A model generated the notes under the pieces. The model saw only the letters and a program-made list of their open reading frames with translations, was not told where the DNA came from and made no database searches. A stretch of 64,000 nucleotides of DNA from the human T2T-CHM13v2.0 reference genome, Homo sapiens. Positions 14,585 to 30,549 of this stretch are shown in pieces. The position numbers and the translations under genes are program-made. Where the stretch lies: the NCBI RefSeq assembly GCF_009914755.1, contig NC_060930.1. One strand, written 5' to 3'. Numbering within the stretch: position 1 is the stretch's first letter; each line of letters begins with the position of its first letter.

Positions 14585-15127
14585 TTATTATTTTTCCTTT
14601 TGGAAATAAGTATTTGTTTCCAAAATGGTACTCATTAAATAGTGTTCAAAAAAGTTAAAATGTATATTAAAATCTCTGAATTTGGAAATTATCTTTAGGA
14701 GAAAAAGATAATTGCTTGCTTTAAAGATGGAGTATATTTTAAATAGCTCATTCATAAATATAAAAGGCTCTTCAATATCTAAGTCTGTAAAAACTAACCC
14801 TCATTAAATTGCTCATAGTAGTGAAAAAGAATAGTTGGACGCTAAGATGCTGAAATTTAAAGTAACCCCAGGCACTGATATTGTTTGCAAGGTCACAGTG
14901 AGCTCAGACTGGGTCAGATCTGACCCTCAGCCTTTGACCAGTGCTTTCAAACTACATGTGCATGTGCTTGCACATGGGTCTGTAGGAGGTAGAGTGACTC
15001 ACCCAAGCATACTGTTATTCATACAAAAGCATTACAGCACTGCTCTGAGACTCAGACCATGTTGCCTTGGGCAAATCAGAAAAGTAGAAGCTTTGTCTGT
15101 ATTTGTGGACTAAGAAAATATACATCC

Positions 15128-16033
15128 GGAGGGGAGCCAAGATGGCCGAATAGGAACAGCTCCGGTCTACAGCTCCCAGCGTGAGCGACCCAGAAGACGG
15201 GTGATTTCTGCATTTCCATCTGAGGTACCGGGTTCATCTCACTAGGGAGTGCCAGACAGTGGGCGCAGGTCAGTGGGTGCGTGCACCGTGCGCGAGCCGA
15301 AGCAGGGCGAGGCATTGCCTCACTTGGGAAGCGCAAGGGGCCAGGGAGTTCCCTTTCCGAGTCAAAGAAAGGGGTGACAGAGGGCACATGGAAAATCGGG
15401 TCACTCCCACCCGAATATTGCACTTTTCGGACCGGCTTAAAAAATGGTGCACCACAAGATTATATCCCACACCTGGCTGGGAGGGTCCTACGCCCACGGA
15501 GTCTCGCTGATTGCTAGCACAGCAGTCTGAGATCAAACTGCAAGGCAGCAGCGAGGCTGGGGGAGGGGCACCCGCCATTGCCCAGGCTTGCTTAGGTAAA
15601 CAAAGCAGCCTGGAAGCTCGAACTGGGTGGAGCCCACCACAGCTCAAGGAGGCCTGCCTGCCTCTGTAGGCTCCACCTCTGGGGGCAGGGCACAGACAAA
15701 CAAAAAGACAGCAGTAACCTCTGCAGACTTAAATGTCCCTGTCTGACAGCTTTGAAGAGAGCAGTGGTTCTCCCAGCATGCAGCTGGAGATCTGAGAACG
15801 GGCAGACTGCCTCCTCAAGTGGGTCCCTGACCCCTGACCCCCGAGCAGCCTAACTGGGAGGCACCCCCCAGCAGGGGCACACTGACACCTCACACGGCAG
15901 GGTATTCCAACAGACCTGCAGCTGAGGGTCCTCTATGTTAGAAGGAAAACTAACAAACAGAAAGGACATCCACACCAAAAACCCATCTGTACATCACCAT
16001 CATCAAAGACCAAAAGTAGATAAAACCACAAAG
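15128..16033 (+). promoter_or_regulatory. L1 5' UTR: internal sense promoter and antisense promoter, CpG-rich
   Basis: YY1 site CAAGATGGCCG near the 5' end is intact; many CpGs are retained at 15128-15560; SOX-type AACAAA motifs are present. Confidence 0.85.
15270..15578 (-). CDS. ORF0: L1 antisense ORF0, 102-aa open form
   Basis: ATG at 15578 (-) gives MAGAPPPASLLPCSLISDCCASNQRDSVGVGP..., the ORF0 N-terminus; the frame is open to 15270. Confidence 0.7.
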   Translation of the reverse strand: MAGAPPPASLLPCSLISDCCASNQRDSVGVGPSQPGVGYNLVVHHFLSRSEKCNIRVGVTRFSMCPLSPLSLTRKGNSLAPCASQVRQCLALLRLAHGARTH

Positions 16034-17050
16034 ATGGGGAAAAAACAGAACAGAAAAACTGGAAACTCTAAAATGCAGAGCTCCTCTCCTCCTCCAAAGG
16101 AACGCAGTTCCTCACCAGCAACGGAACAAAGCTGGATGGAGAATGACTTTGACAAGCTGAGAGAAGAAGGCTTCAGACGATCAAATTACTCTGAGCTACG
16201 GGAGGACATTCAAACCAAAGGCAAAGAAGTTGAAAACTTTGAAAAAAATTTAGAAGAATGTATAACTAGAATAACCAATACAGAGAAGTGTTTAAAGGAG
16301 CTGATGGAGCTGAAAACCAAGGCTCAAGAACTACGTGAAGAATGCAGAAGCCTCAGGAGCCGATGTGATCAACTGGAAGAAAGGGTATCAGCAATGGAAG
16401 ATGAAATGAATGAAATGAAGCGAGAAGGGAAATTTAGAGAAAAAAGAATAAAAAGAAATGAGCAAAGCCTCCAAGAAATATGGGACTATGTGAAAAGACC
16501 AAATCTACGTCTGATTGGTGTACCTGAAAGTGATGGGGAGAATGGAACCAAGTTGGAGAACACTCTGCAGGATATTATCCAGGAGAACTTCCCCAATCTA
16601 GCAAGGCAGGCCAACATTCAGATTCAGGAAATACAGAGAACGCCACAAAGATACTCCTCGAGAAGAGCAACTCCAAGACACATAACTGTCAGATTCACCA
16701 AAGTCGAAATGAAGGAAAAAATGTTAAGGGCAGCCAGAGAGAAAGGTCGGGTTACCCTCAAAGGGAAGCCCATCAGACTAACAGCGGATCTCTCGGCAGA
16801 AACCCTACAAGCCAGAAGAGAGTGGGGGCCAATATTCAACATTCTTAAAGAAAAGAATTTTCAACCCAGAATTTCATATCCAGCCAAACTAAGATTCATA
16901 AGTGAAGGAGAAATAAAATCCTTTACAGACAAGCAAATGCTGAGAGATTTTGTCACCACCAGGCCTGCCCTAAAAGAACTCCTGAAGGAAGCGCTAAACA
17001 TGGAAAGGAACAACCGGTACCAGCCGCTGCAAAATCATGCCAAAATGTAA
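16034..17050 (+). CDS. ORF1: LINE-1 ORF1p (338 aa RNA-binding and chaperone protein), intact frame
   Basis: MGKKQNRKTGNSK...NHAKM with coiled coil, RRM, REKG and ARR motifs. The true start is the ATG at 16034, not the upstream start shown in the ORF track. YPAKLS reads YPAKLR here. Confidence 0.95.
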   Translation: MGKKQNRKTGNSKMQSSSPPPKERSSSPATEQSWMENDFDKLREEGFRRSNYSELREDIQTKGKEVENFEKNLEECITRITNTEKCLKELMELKTKAQELREECRSLRSRCDQLEERVSAMEDEMNEMKREGKFREKRIKRNEQSLQEIWDYVKRPNLRLIGVPESDGENGTKLENTLQDIIQENFPNLARQANIQIQEIQRTPQRYSSRRATPRHITVRFTKVEMKEKMLRAAREKGRVTLKGKPIRLTADLSAETLQARREWGPIFNILKEKNFQPRISYPAKLRFISEGEIKSFTDKQMLRDFVTTRPALKELLKEALNMERNNRYQPLQNHAKM

Positions 17051-17098
17051 AGACCATCGAGACTAGGAAGAAACTGCATCAACTAACGAGCAAAATAA

Positions 17099-20941
<3,843 letters not shown>

Positions 20942-21457
20942 ACAATGGCATCACATGGACACAGGAAGGGGAATATCACACTCTGGGGACTGTGGTGGGG
21001 TGGGGGGAGGGGGGAGGGATAGCATTGGGAGATATACCTAATGCTAGATGACGAGTTAGTGGGTGCAGCACACCAGCATGGCACATGTATACATATGTAA
21101 CTAACCTGCACAATGTGCACATGTACCCTAAAACTTAAAGTATAATAAAAAAAAGAAGAAAAATAAAAAGAAAATATACATCCATTCAAAAGAGCAGTTG
21201 ACACCAGATAAGGCCAAAAAAGAGAGAAACTTTGAGTCCAGTATGAAAAAGATTGTAGATAACCATTCCTTTTTACTTTATTTAAGGAAAGCCAAAATGA
21301 ATTTGCCTCAGAAAAGCAAATGTTGACAATTTCCTGATGAGAAAAGAAGGGATAGTTGCAATTCTAGTCCTTTACCCTACAGCTTCCCAGCATTGTTTCT
21401 GTCTTTGCATTTTATTAGACATTTGTGGTATAAGATACAATGAAGGGAATGGAAATG

Positions 21458-21668
21458 AGTGTGTGTATGTGTCTGTGTGTGTGTGAATGTGTGTGTGTGT
21501 TTACATGTACATACATACATATAGCTGGGGTAGATGTGAGAAGGAGAATAAAAAGGAGAAAGTAGAATAACTTCCACACACAGCCAATTTAAAACATCTT
21601 TGCATCGGTTCTTTCGGGGCTAAAGCCCACTTACTCCCCTACCACCCCTACTCTCACCATTTACATAT

Positions 21669-21710
<42 letters not shown>

Positions 21711-21752
21711 ATGCATGTATATACGTGTATATATATATATGTATATATATAT
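21458..21752. repeat. Imperfect (TG)n, pure (GT)19 at 21671-21708, and (TA)n microsatellites
   Basis: Read directly from the sequence. Confidence 0.95.
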
Positions 21753-22145
21753 TTTATAGAAAGCATGGCAATATGCTACAAAGCTTTGGCTATTATTAAT
21801 AGAATAGTAAAAGTCATTGAAGAAAGTTATATGTAAACTTAATGCTTATGTACTACTGTAAGCATATACAATGTCAATGTCATTTTTTATTTTGAAACAG
21901 AGAAACTCTAACAATTAAGGAAAAATGAGCTTTACAAAATGGCACATACTTTTGTAGTAAATATGACAAGTGCCCTTCACCCCATGATTTTTAGCTCAGC
22001 TCTAAAGTCACAGATCATTAGGTAGCAAATGCCATCAGCACTAGGAGGAGAGATCTGAGTGGTAAGGTAGAGTAGCCTGTGGTTATTAAGAAAATGAATG
22101 GAGACTGGAACATAGTATTGATTCTTTTGAAACAAAGTAATCTTA

Positions 22146-22664
<519 letters not shown>

Positions 22665-24185
22665 TCACAAAGAAATATGTTAAGATGATAATTAATTAAA
22701 TAATGTCCCATAATTATTTGCTTTCTTTAGTTCTCAATGGCCAGGAGAAGTCACGTCTGCAATCACTCATTTCCATCTGCGGCTGACCAGAGCAAATCTG
22801 GACTGTTCAACTATTACAATATCTTGCCATATTTTTTATTTTCTGAGGAAGCTGGGAGATTTGGGCTGTGGCAAATAGTTCTCTAATCATTTTGCCTTTA
22901 GATGCATGTTAACTTTCAGTAATTTATCTGGCATGAAATGGAACAAAGTTCCAATTCGTTCTGAATTCTACCGTGAAGGGCTGAGGAAAAAGAGAAGTGA
23001 TAAGTTAGATGCTTTTATAATACACCAAAGCAGTCTTCCCTAGAAAACTTGCCTTAGGGTCTGAAGTACACCTAAGCTTCCCTCTCATCAAGGCAAAGAG
23101 CCCTGGGTAAAATCCCAGAGTATTCAGCTTCAGCTCAGGAGCGCATTAACAATAGGAACTCCTTTCCTTGAGAATAAATGATTTGCAAACCAGCGATCAC
23201 TTTCTCTGTTGTAAATAAGAATCTAAGTCAAAAACAATGATATGCTTTTCTTTTAACTTTCCCATTATCACAAATATAAAGAAATTTCAAAGAGCCCTTA
23301 CTCCAAGTGTAAGCAAAACAGCAGAGGCTGCAGTTTGCGCCCTAAATCCTCTCTCCAGTGTCTGCCCTCAATCAGTGCTTTCAAATTCCTTTCATGCCAC
23401 TCTATCTTCCAAACCAACCCCACAAATAAACACACTCTAAGTCTGCCCTTGAATCCTTGTTAACATTTTCTGTGACAATGGCTGATAATCATATTGAGTT
23501 ATTCCTCCTGTGTCCCCGCATTTTAGAATCAAAACCACACACTAAAGGGTTGACAGTCTACCAGTGTAGTATATCTAGCCAGAGCAAAGACTGTTCCTTG
23601 AAACCTGAGGTACAGAAAGACACTTCCTTTTCAATTTTGTTGACTGGGTGGCCTGTTTAATACCATACCAGTTCTGGAAGAGCCCACAAGTCTTACCTTC
23701 ATTACTAAGAGAAACAAAATAATCTAGAAGAATAATTGGAGTCAAGTTGCTTTTACATCATCCAATGTACCAAATGATTTTAAGATGACATGTAAAGTGA
23801 CAAATTTATAAAATTTGAAGAGCACAGAATAGGATCACAGAAGTTCTGATGTTAAAAGAACTTGGGGCTGACTCATTCTCTTGTTTCTGGATATAAGCCT
23901 AGAAATAAAAGTTGACAATCTTCATTTTCTTCTGCAGTTTTAATTTTGCCCCTTAATAGCTATATTATCTCCTAAAAGTCATTGATTTTTAATTTGTCAA
24001 AGTAATTCATACATTTGTTTGCAAAAGCCAAATAGTTCTAAAATGTTATACTTATCATAAAAACCAACATCCACTGCCCCACCTCCCCACACCAGCTCCT
24101 GTTTCCTAAAGGGCAAAAGTTTTCGAAAATGTTTAAGCCATTTTGTCTGGTATTTTCCTCTATGTTTCTAACTAATATGTCTAAA

Positions 24186-24511
24186 TAGTTGGCCCTCCAT
24201 ATCTTTGGATTCCATATCTGCAGATTCAACCAACCATGTATCTAAAATATTTGAAGAAAAATGCATCTATACTGAACTTGTGCAGACTTTTTTCTTGGCA
24301 ATATTCCCTAAACAATACAGTATAACAACTTTTTGCATACTATTACAATGCATTAGGTATTATAAGTAATCTAAAGATGAACTAAAGTATACAGGAGGAT
24401 GTGCATTGGCTATATGCAAATACTGTACCATTTTATATCAGGGATTTGAGCATCTGCAGATTTGGGTATCCGTGGAAGTTTTAGAACCAGTCTCCAACTG
24501 AGGGTTGACTA
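24186..24511. mobile_element. MER2-like (TcMar-Tigger) MITE
   Basis: Inverted termini AGTTGGCCCTC / GAGGGTTGACT; internal GGATTCCATATCTGCAGATTCAACCAACC and AAGTATACAGGAGGATGTGC. Confidence 0.75.
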
Positions 24512-24659
24512 TACATCATCTACTGACTTCCAATTATGGCAGATTTTTTAAAATTTTTCTTACATGAAACCCCTCATACATTAGCATTTAATTTTAATCT
24601 CCACCATCCTCCCAGTATATTTATACATCTGTTTTTAGTTAAATTCCTATTTAGAGGTA

Positions 24660-24996
24660 CAGTCATGCATCACTTAATGACAGGAATGCATTCTGAGAAA
24701 TATATCACTAGACTATTTCATCATTATGTAAACATCATAGAGTGCACTTACACCAACCTAGATGGTATAGCCTGCTACATACCTAGGCTATAGGCTACAG
24801 CCTAGTGTCCTAGGCTGCAAACCTATACACCATGTTACTGTACTAAACACTGCAGGCAATTGTAACACAATGGGAAGTATTTGTAACTCTAAACATAGAA
24901 AGGGTACAATAAAAATATGGTATTATATTCTTATGGGACCATTGTCATATAAGTTGTCGATCATTGACCAAAACGTCACTATGTGGCACATGACTA
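24660..24996. mobile_element. Tigger3a/MER7-like MITE
   Basis: TIRs CAGTCATGCATCAC...GTGGCACATGACTA with flanking TA dinucleotides; internal CATCATAGAGTGCACTTACACCAACCTAGATGGTATAGCC. Confidence 0.8.
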
Positions 24997-25114
24997 TACT
25001 TCATTATAACTTCATAACTAGCGTAAGTTACTTAGCCACATAGTATAGTATGATTATGTTTCCATTCCCATAGTACTTCTATTATTTCTTGAAGTTAATA
25101 GTTGTCTAAATTCT

Positions 25115-25415
<301 letters not shown>

Positions 25416-25814
25416 ATTGTCCAAATTTTTAATTTACTTAGGCTTCTAAATACCTACGCCTAGTTTTTCTCAAACGTTGAAACACAACATGTATGAAAAT
25501 GTTTCATAATACTATTTTCCACATGGCCAAATGCAACAGATAGTCTCCTAGTTCTGTATTTTTTTTTCCTGGGAACATCTCTCTCTGTTAAGTCCTCTAT
25601 CACTCCCTCTCTAATCTAAACTGGCTGCTCTTTTAGGCCTGCTGCATAGCTTTTTTTGTTGCTCAGAAACATCTCTTTACCCTCCTGTGATGGCTCACTC
25701 TCCTGTTTCCACGATCCTGCAGCTTCATCTTTCTTAATTTCTTTCTTATCTTGATGGGACACATCTATTGGTGACTTCCTCAAAATAACTGAATGAAAGA
25801 CAAAATTTTGATAA

Positions 25815-26205
25815 CTGTTCACCAAAATTTGTACTTCTCTTTCTACAGTTTGGAGTTGTTGCTACCTGTGTCTACCCAGCCAAGGACTTTATGCCTCAGG
25901 CCTTCATATTCAGGTAAATCCACACAACCAGTTCTTCACAACAGAGATATGAGCAGAATTGATGGTGATGCTCTGGGCTGGAGCCTATAAGAAGCACGTG
26001 GGCCTGTCCATCTTTTTTCCCTTTTGCTGGAAAGGAAGGCATGTATTGCAGTTGGGGACTCCATCAGTCTGGGTCCCTGAGTGATTATGTGGCTCAGAGC
26101 CCTCACCAACTCTCCATTGTATTGAACTATTGAGTGAGAAATAAACTTCTATTGTCTTCGGCCACTGAATTAAGGGATTGCCATTACCTTAACTTGATTA
26201 ATAAT
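25815..26205 (+). mobile_element. MaLR MLT1 (J/H-like) LTR, degenerate
   Basis: CTGGGTCCCTGAGTGATTATGTGG...GTGAGAAATAAACTTCTATTGTCTTCGGCCACTGA. Confidence 0.6.
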
Positions 26206-28925
26206 TTGACTGGGTGGAAAATCCCAGGTTAAAAATTCTCAGAATTTTAAAAGCATTTTTTCCCAATGTTGCTTTCTGCTTCCAGTTGCTGTTAAAAATT
26301 ATCCTTCCATTTCTATTTTTCCTTACCTATTTTGTTATTGTTTTGTTATGCATGGGTGATCTCACTCTCTCTGCTTTTAATTTGGTCTCATTAGTCTGGG
26401 AGGGACAACTTTGCAATAGCTGAGTGTAGGATTTCGTGTGATTCTCTTGGCTTTGGGCTGGGTAGCAAGTCCTTTCAGCCTACAGACTCAGGTTCTTTCT
26501 TTATGGGGAATTTTATCAACTTATTTCTTGGAAAACACCTTTATATCTTTTCTCTTTCTTCTTACCTTCTAGAACTCTAGATGTGAGGTATCCTTGATAA
26601 ATCATATAAATTTATTTGCCTTTAATCCTGCCTTCTGGGAAATTGCAACAAACCCACATTCTAAACCTCACATTAAATTTTTTCAGGATTGTATTTTCAA
26701 TATCTACAAGTTATTTTCTGTTCTCTAATTGCTGATTTTATTCCATCCTGTTCTTCCTTCCTACATGCTCATTCCCCCCAAAGATATTATGGTTTCTTTA
26801 GAATTTTTCTTACTAAACACATTTCTGTAGAATTCCTAAATTTGCAAGCATACCCAAGTAAACCTCCTCTCATTAAATCATTTTTCATAACATTTTATTC
26901 TGCTTTCTAGTTTTTCCTGTCTCCTCATCTTACAGTATCATGTGATAGATTTAGGCTCAGAGGACAATAGTACAAGTGGCTCTCATTTATAATTTATTCT
27001 CATGACATTAAAAATATTATTTTAAAGTATGTATCCATTATATTGAATACTGATTTATGATTTTAAGGAATGTAGTTATCTGGTCTAGCCTTTGAAAAGG
27101 GATCTCAAAAATGTTTTATTTATGATAGACATGTTCTCAAAGGGTCATTCCACTGTCAATATTTATCAGGTGGTAACACTCTGGACAATAGTAATAATAA
27201 CCTTTGAATGTTAGATATTAAAAACCAAAAATAGTACGTAAGCAGTCCTAAAACAGAGGGAAAAGGAAATAATACACCATTTCTCAGTCATAGATGTAAT
27301 GTTGGATACTATTGAAAACTTTCTAACTCTCCTTAAAAGAAGTAACCTCCATTTTTTGCCTAACTTATTTCAAGCACAATTTTAAAAATAATATTTCTCT
27401 GATTACAAAAACAGGACATGTTTCTCATGAAAATTTTGGAAATGTGAAATTACAGAAAAGCCCAAAGGAAAACAATGAAAATCTCTTGCAACTACAGTAC
27501 TTAGAAAAATGCCTATTATCATTTTGTTTTATATCCCTGCTGTCTTTATATGTACAACTTGCATTTTGCAAGAGTTTAGAAAGTTGTAACCTTATTTTTT
27601 AAATCAGTGCATAACTAATATTTTTTATGCTATTAAAATATTATTTTAAGATGTAATATCTAATCACATGTCTGCATCATAATCTACTTAATCTCCCCTT
27701 GTTCACAATTAAGTAGTTTCCAATTTTTCACTATCAAAGTAATGCTACAACAAGAAGGATATCCTGGTATATAAATAATTTTACACAACACAGTTATTTC
27801 CTTGACATAAATACCTAGAATAGAATTAGTCAAACATAAGAAATTAATATTTAATACCTCCGATACATCCTGCCATGCTGCCCACAAAAAGACCATACCA
27901 AGTTACACCACCACCGAAAATGTGTTAAAGGATCAGTTTGCTCAAAACTTAAATAAAATAGAGTAAGTTATTTTATATCTACACATTTAATGAGTTGAAA
28001 TGTATCCTCTGCATTACTTTCACATGTACTTCTGCCAATTAATATAAAATTCATGTGTGCAAAAATTAAATAATAGAGTAACACATCATTACAGATTCCA
28101 AAAAAAGCAAAAAATATTTACTAATTGCACAATTACTAATTGTAAGTCACTTTTTTGGACATCTTCCTAAATAGTATGTCTTTTCTTTATAATATAATGT
28201 CTTTATTAAGGGTACACTGAATTTGACAGTTTGGCCTAAGTGTGACAAACAACTAATTGAGACTAAAATACTATGAAGGCTCTCAAAATGACAAATGATT
28301 TCCATCTGTGTCTCCATTGTTTCAAATTTGATTCATATATTGCTTATCAGTAACATAAGTAATTCTTATTTTTTTCATTTCTACTCACTTTTGTGAAATG
28401 AAAAGGACAAAATATGATGAAACATTCAAATAATTTCATATACATTACTATGTTGAGAGAGATAGAAGCACTGCTGAAACTGAAATACATATTGGCAGAC
28501 TAGCAGCACCAACCTACCACATTTAAAAATATTATTTTACCATGTGAATGTTCACATTAAATATAATAAAGATAATTTAGGAATATCAATGTCATGCCTA
28601 GTCAAGTATATGAAAGCCATATAATCTCATTGATGCTTTATTTCTCATATCTTTGATTGCTAGCAATGGTGAGCCCATTTCCATAAGTGTTTTGGCCACT
28701 GAGGTTCTTTGTGAATTTTCAATTCATGTATTTTGTCTGTATTATGTTGGAATGTGCATAATTTGTTTATTGAGTTATAAATGCTACTTACATATTCAGA
28801 ATATAAAAACCATTATAGTTGATGTGAATAAAAATACCTAGTTGGCTAAATGTCTTTAGGTTTTATGTTGTTTTTTTTATAATGGATCTGCAGACATTTT
28901 TAATTTTCATGTATATATTCAAATA
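26205..28925 (-). mobile_element. Fragments of very old LINE-1 (L1ME-type), antisense
   Basis: T-rich reverse-L1 patches, e.g. GTTTCCAATTTTTCACTATC and ATACCTAGAATAGAATT; boundaries are approximate. Confidence 0.5.
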
Positions 28926-28928
28926 TCT

Positions 28929-29306
28929 TGATATGATTTGGCTCTGTGTCCCCGCCCAAATCTCATGTCAAATTGTTAGACCTGGTGGAAAGTGATTGGA
29001 TCATGGGGATGGTTTCTAATGACTTAGCATCATCCCCTTAATGCTGTCTCATGATAGAATTCTCGCAAGATCTGGTTGTTTAAAAGCGTGCGGCACCTCC
29101 CCTTCTCGCTCTCTTCATCTTGCTCCAGTCATGTAAGATGCACCTGCTTCCTTTTTGCCTTCTGCCATGATTGTAAGTCTCCTGAGGCTTCCCCAGTCAT
29201 GCTTCTTGTACACCTCATGGAACCGTGAGCCAATTAAACCTCTTTTCTTTATAAATTTCACAGTCTCTGGCATTTCTTTATAGCAATGTGAGAATGGACT
29301 AATACA
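28929..29306 (+). mobile_element. MaLR solo LTR, MSTA-like
   Basis: TGATATGATTTGGCTCTGTGTCCCC...AATTAAACCTCTTTTCTTTATAAAT...GGACTAATACA; 5-bp TSD TATCT/TACCT. Confidence 0.88.
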
Positions 29307-30129
29307 TACCTCAATGCTGTCTTCAAGACTTTTCTTTGACTCATTACTTAGAAGATGGCCCTAAGTCACATATAATGGATGTCCCACTTGACTATTAACA
29401 GATTTCTCAGTAGAAACCTTGCATGCCAAGAGAGAATGGGATAATATATTCAAAATGCTGAAAGAAAGAACTTGCCATTCAAGAATATTATGCCCAGCAA
29501 AGATATTCTTCAGAAATGAGGGAGAAATAAAGTTCCAAACAAGCAAAAGCTGAGAGAATTCATCAACCTTAAACCAGCCTTAAAAGAAATCCTTAAGTGC
29601 TTCAACCGGAACCATAAGGATGTTAATTAGTACCGTGAAATCATATGAAACTATAAAAACTCACTGGTAGAGGTAAACTCATAATCAAATTCAGAATACT
29701 TCATTACTGTAATAGCAGTATATAATCTTCAAATCTCTAGAATGAAGGTTAAAAGTCAGTATGGTTAATGATAACCATAGGTACAATAAGTTAAGAAATA
29801 CACAACATAAAGATATATTAACTAAGGCAACAAAATTACAAATTGGTAGAAGAATAAAAGTCTGGTATATTTATATGTGACCAAAGTTAAGTTGTTATCA
29901 GCTTAAAGTAGACTTTTATGGCTCTAAGATTGTTTTGTGATTCCCAGAGTAACCATAAAGAAAAAAAAAAAACTATAGCAGATACATAAATGAGAACGAG
30001 AAAAAAATCAAAACTTTTCACTATAGAAAATCACCAAATTACAAAGATAAACAAGAGAGAAAGAAATAAACAAAAAGACTTATAAAGTAACCAGGAAATA
30101 ATTAACAGAATAGCAGAAGCAAACCCTTA

Positions 30130-30549
<420 letters not shown>

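Noticed and set aside
15935-16033. 33-aa N-terminal extension of ORF1 in the track
   Set aside because: The canonical ORF1 start is the ATG at 16034. The upstream in-frame ATG at 15935 looks like a copy-specific point change in the 5' UTR, and nothing shows it is used.
22715-22990. Acceptor-like TTTGCTTTCTTTAG followed by unique, complex sequence
   Set aside because: No convincing donor or ORF; conservation cannot be assessed from the sequence alone
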